A DNA stretch of 63,639 nucleotides, filler included, from Craspedostauros australis (Eukaryota), in assembly GCA_030167865.1 (NCBI GenBank). It is 15 parts of 15 records of this genome, joined end to end, with 100 filler letters (N's around TTAATTAATTAA, not from the genome) between each part and the next. Parts side by side here need not be neighbours in the genome. Positions count along the whole stretch, not along the records: positions 62,281 to 63,639 come from JALAGF010002248.1; 14 more parts are not named here. One strand, given 5' to 3'. The notes beneath the pieces are model-generated. The model had not been told where the DNA came from and made no database searches. It was given only the letters and a program-made list of their open reading frames with translations. Numbering within the stretch: position 1 is the stretch's first letter; each line of letters starts with the position of its first letter. A program made the translations under genes and the position numbers. This document shows, one piece after another, positions 62,968 through 63,639 of the stretch.

Positions 62968-63639
62968 AGGGGAGTGTCAACATCTAGATCGAAATTTAGG
63001 CTAACATCACACATGACTGGAACGTGATTCGACTCGATTGATAGTATAGTCGAATGAGCCTTGATGATGCGAATGGTGTTCGGGTTCTATTGTCATCAGA
63101 TATGACGTAGGCACTGACATCAGAGAATGACGTCAGAGGACCGTCACTGAGGTCCAAGGAATCAAGAATAAATGTTAGTCATGGTACACTGACTTGTCTA
63201 GTGACGCCAGGTGCATCAGTGAGCACGTGGTAACAACAATTAGGAAATAGTCCTGTGATGTCAGAGATGATGCAGGCAGTCGACTGACGTCGACGGTTGG
63301 GATATATGAGTCCTATGGGATTCTAAGACCAGCCAAGACCAGGCAAGATTAGACAAGATCAGACAGAGATGTAGAAAGACCCAAAGGCGAGAATAACACG
63401 AGATATCGTGTAGATCGACATGCCATCTTGGGCAATGTTTTAGAAAAGACTGCGAGAGAAACCACGAGGTAATCGAGCAGCACGTTAGCAACCGTGCAAT
63501 AGGCACCATCTTTAGAAATAGGAGATCATCATCTCATAATCCAAACTCAATCATCAATTGACACACCAACTAATAGAAACAACAACAACACCAAACACAC
63601 CAACTCCACCTCTTGGCTTGATCACCCTGGCGGCGTAGT
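62968..63639 (+). repeat. PPT (AGGGGAG) and 3' LTR starting TGTCAAC at 62975
   Basis: Purine tract just after the pol stop, then TG. Homologous to the solo LTR at 52952-53660; cut off by the window end. Confidence 0.9.

Overview
This is eukaryotic DNA, most likely from a diatom. The inference rests on bipartite plastid-targeting presequences (signal peptide plus AF/GF motif), paired bestrophin-like channels, a DUF1800-DUF1501 fusion, a gametolysin-type metzincin with a silaffin-like KxxK tail, and CoDi-like Ty1/copia elements. The window is not one locus: about 15 short contigs are joined by artificial 100-nt N44-TTAATTAATTAA-N44 spacers, so adjacency across spacers is meaningless. Most small contigs are transposon debris: at least four Ty1/copia families, a DIRS/Ngaro-like RT-RNase H fragment, two piggyBac families and solo LTRs. 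The gene-rich contigs are 5630-14034 (a probable pseudogene and a 5-exon M11 metalloprotease), 21357-25270 (a GT61 glycosyltransferase) and 25371-50071. The last holds a plastid SDR, a 5-exon ~2100-aa DUF1800-DUF1501 protein, an EamA transporter, a spliced Pcc1 only partly shown by the ORF track, two divergent bestrophins and a vWA alpha-kinase. The most notable observations are: (1) a head-to-head bestrophin pair with three CO2/cAMP-responsive-element motifs at the centre of the shared promoter; (2) a secreted metalloprotease carrying a silica-targeting-like pentalysine tail; (3) a copia Gag followed in frame by transmembrane-like segments; (4) an alpha-kinase that has lost all its zinc ligands; (5) a solo LTR joining halves of two different piggyBac transposases. 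All family assignments come from motif recognition by eye; no searches were run.
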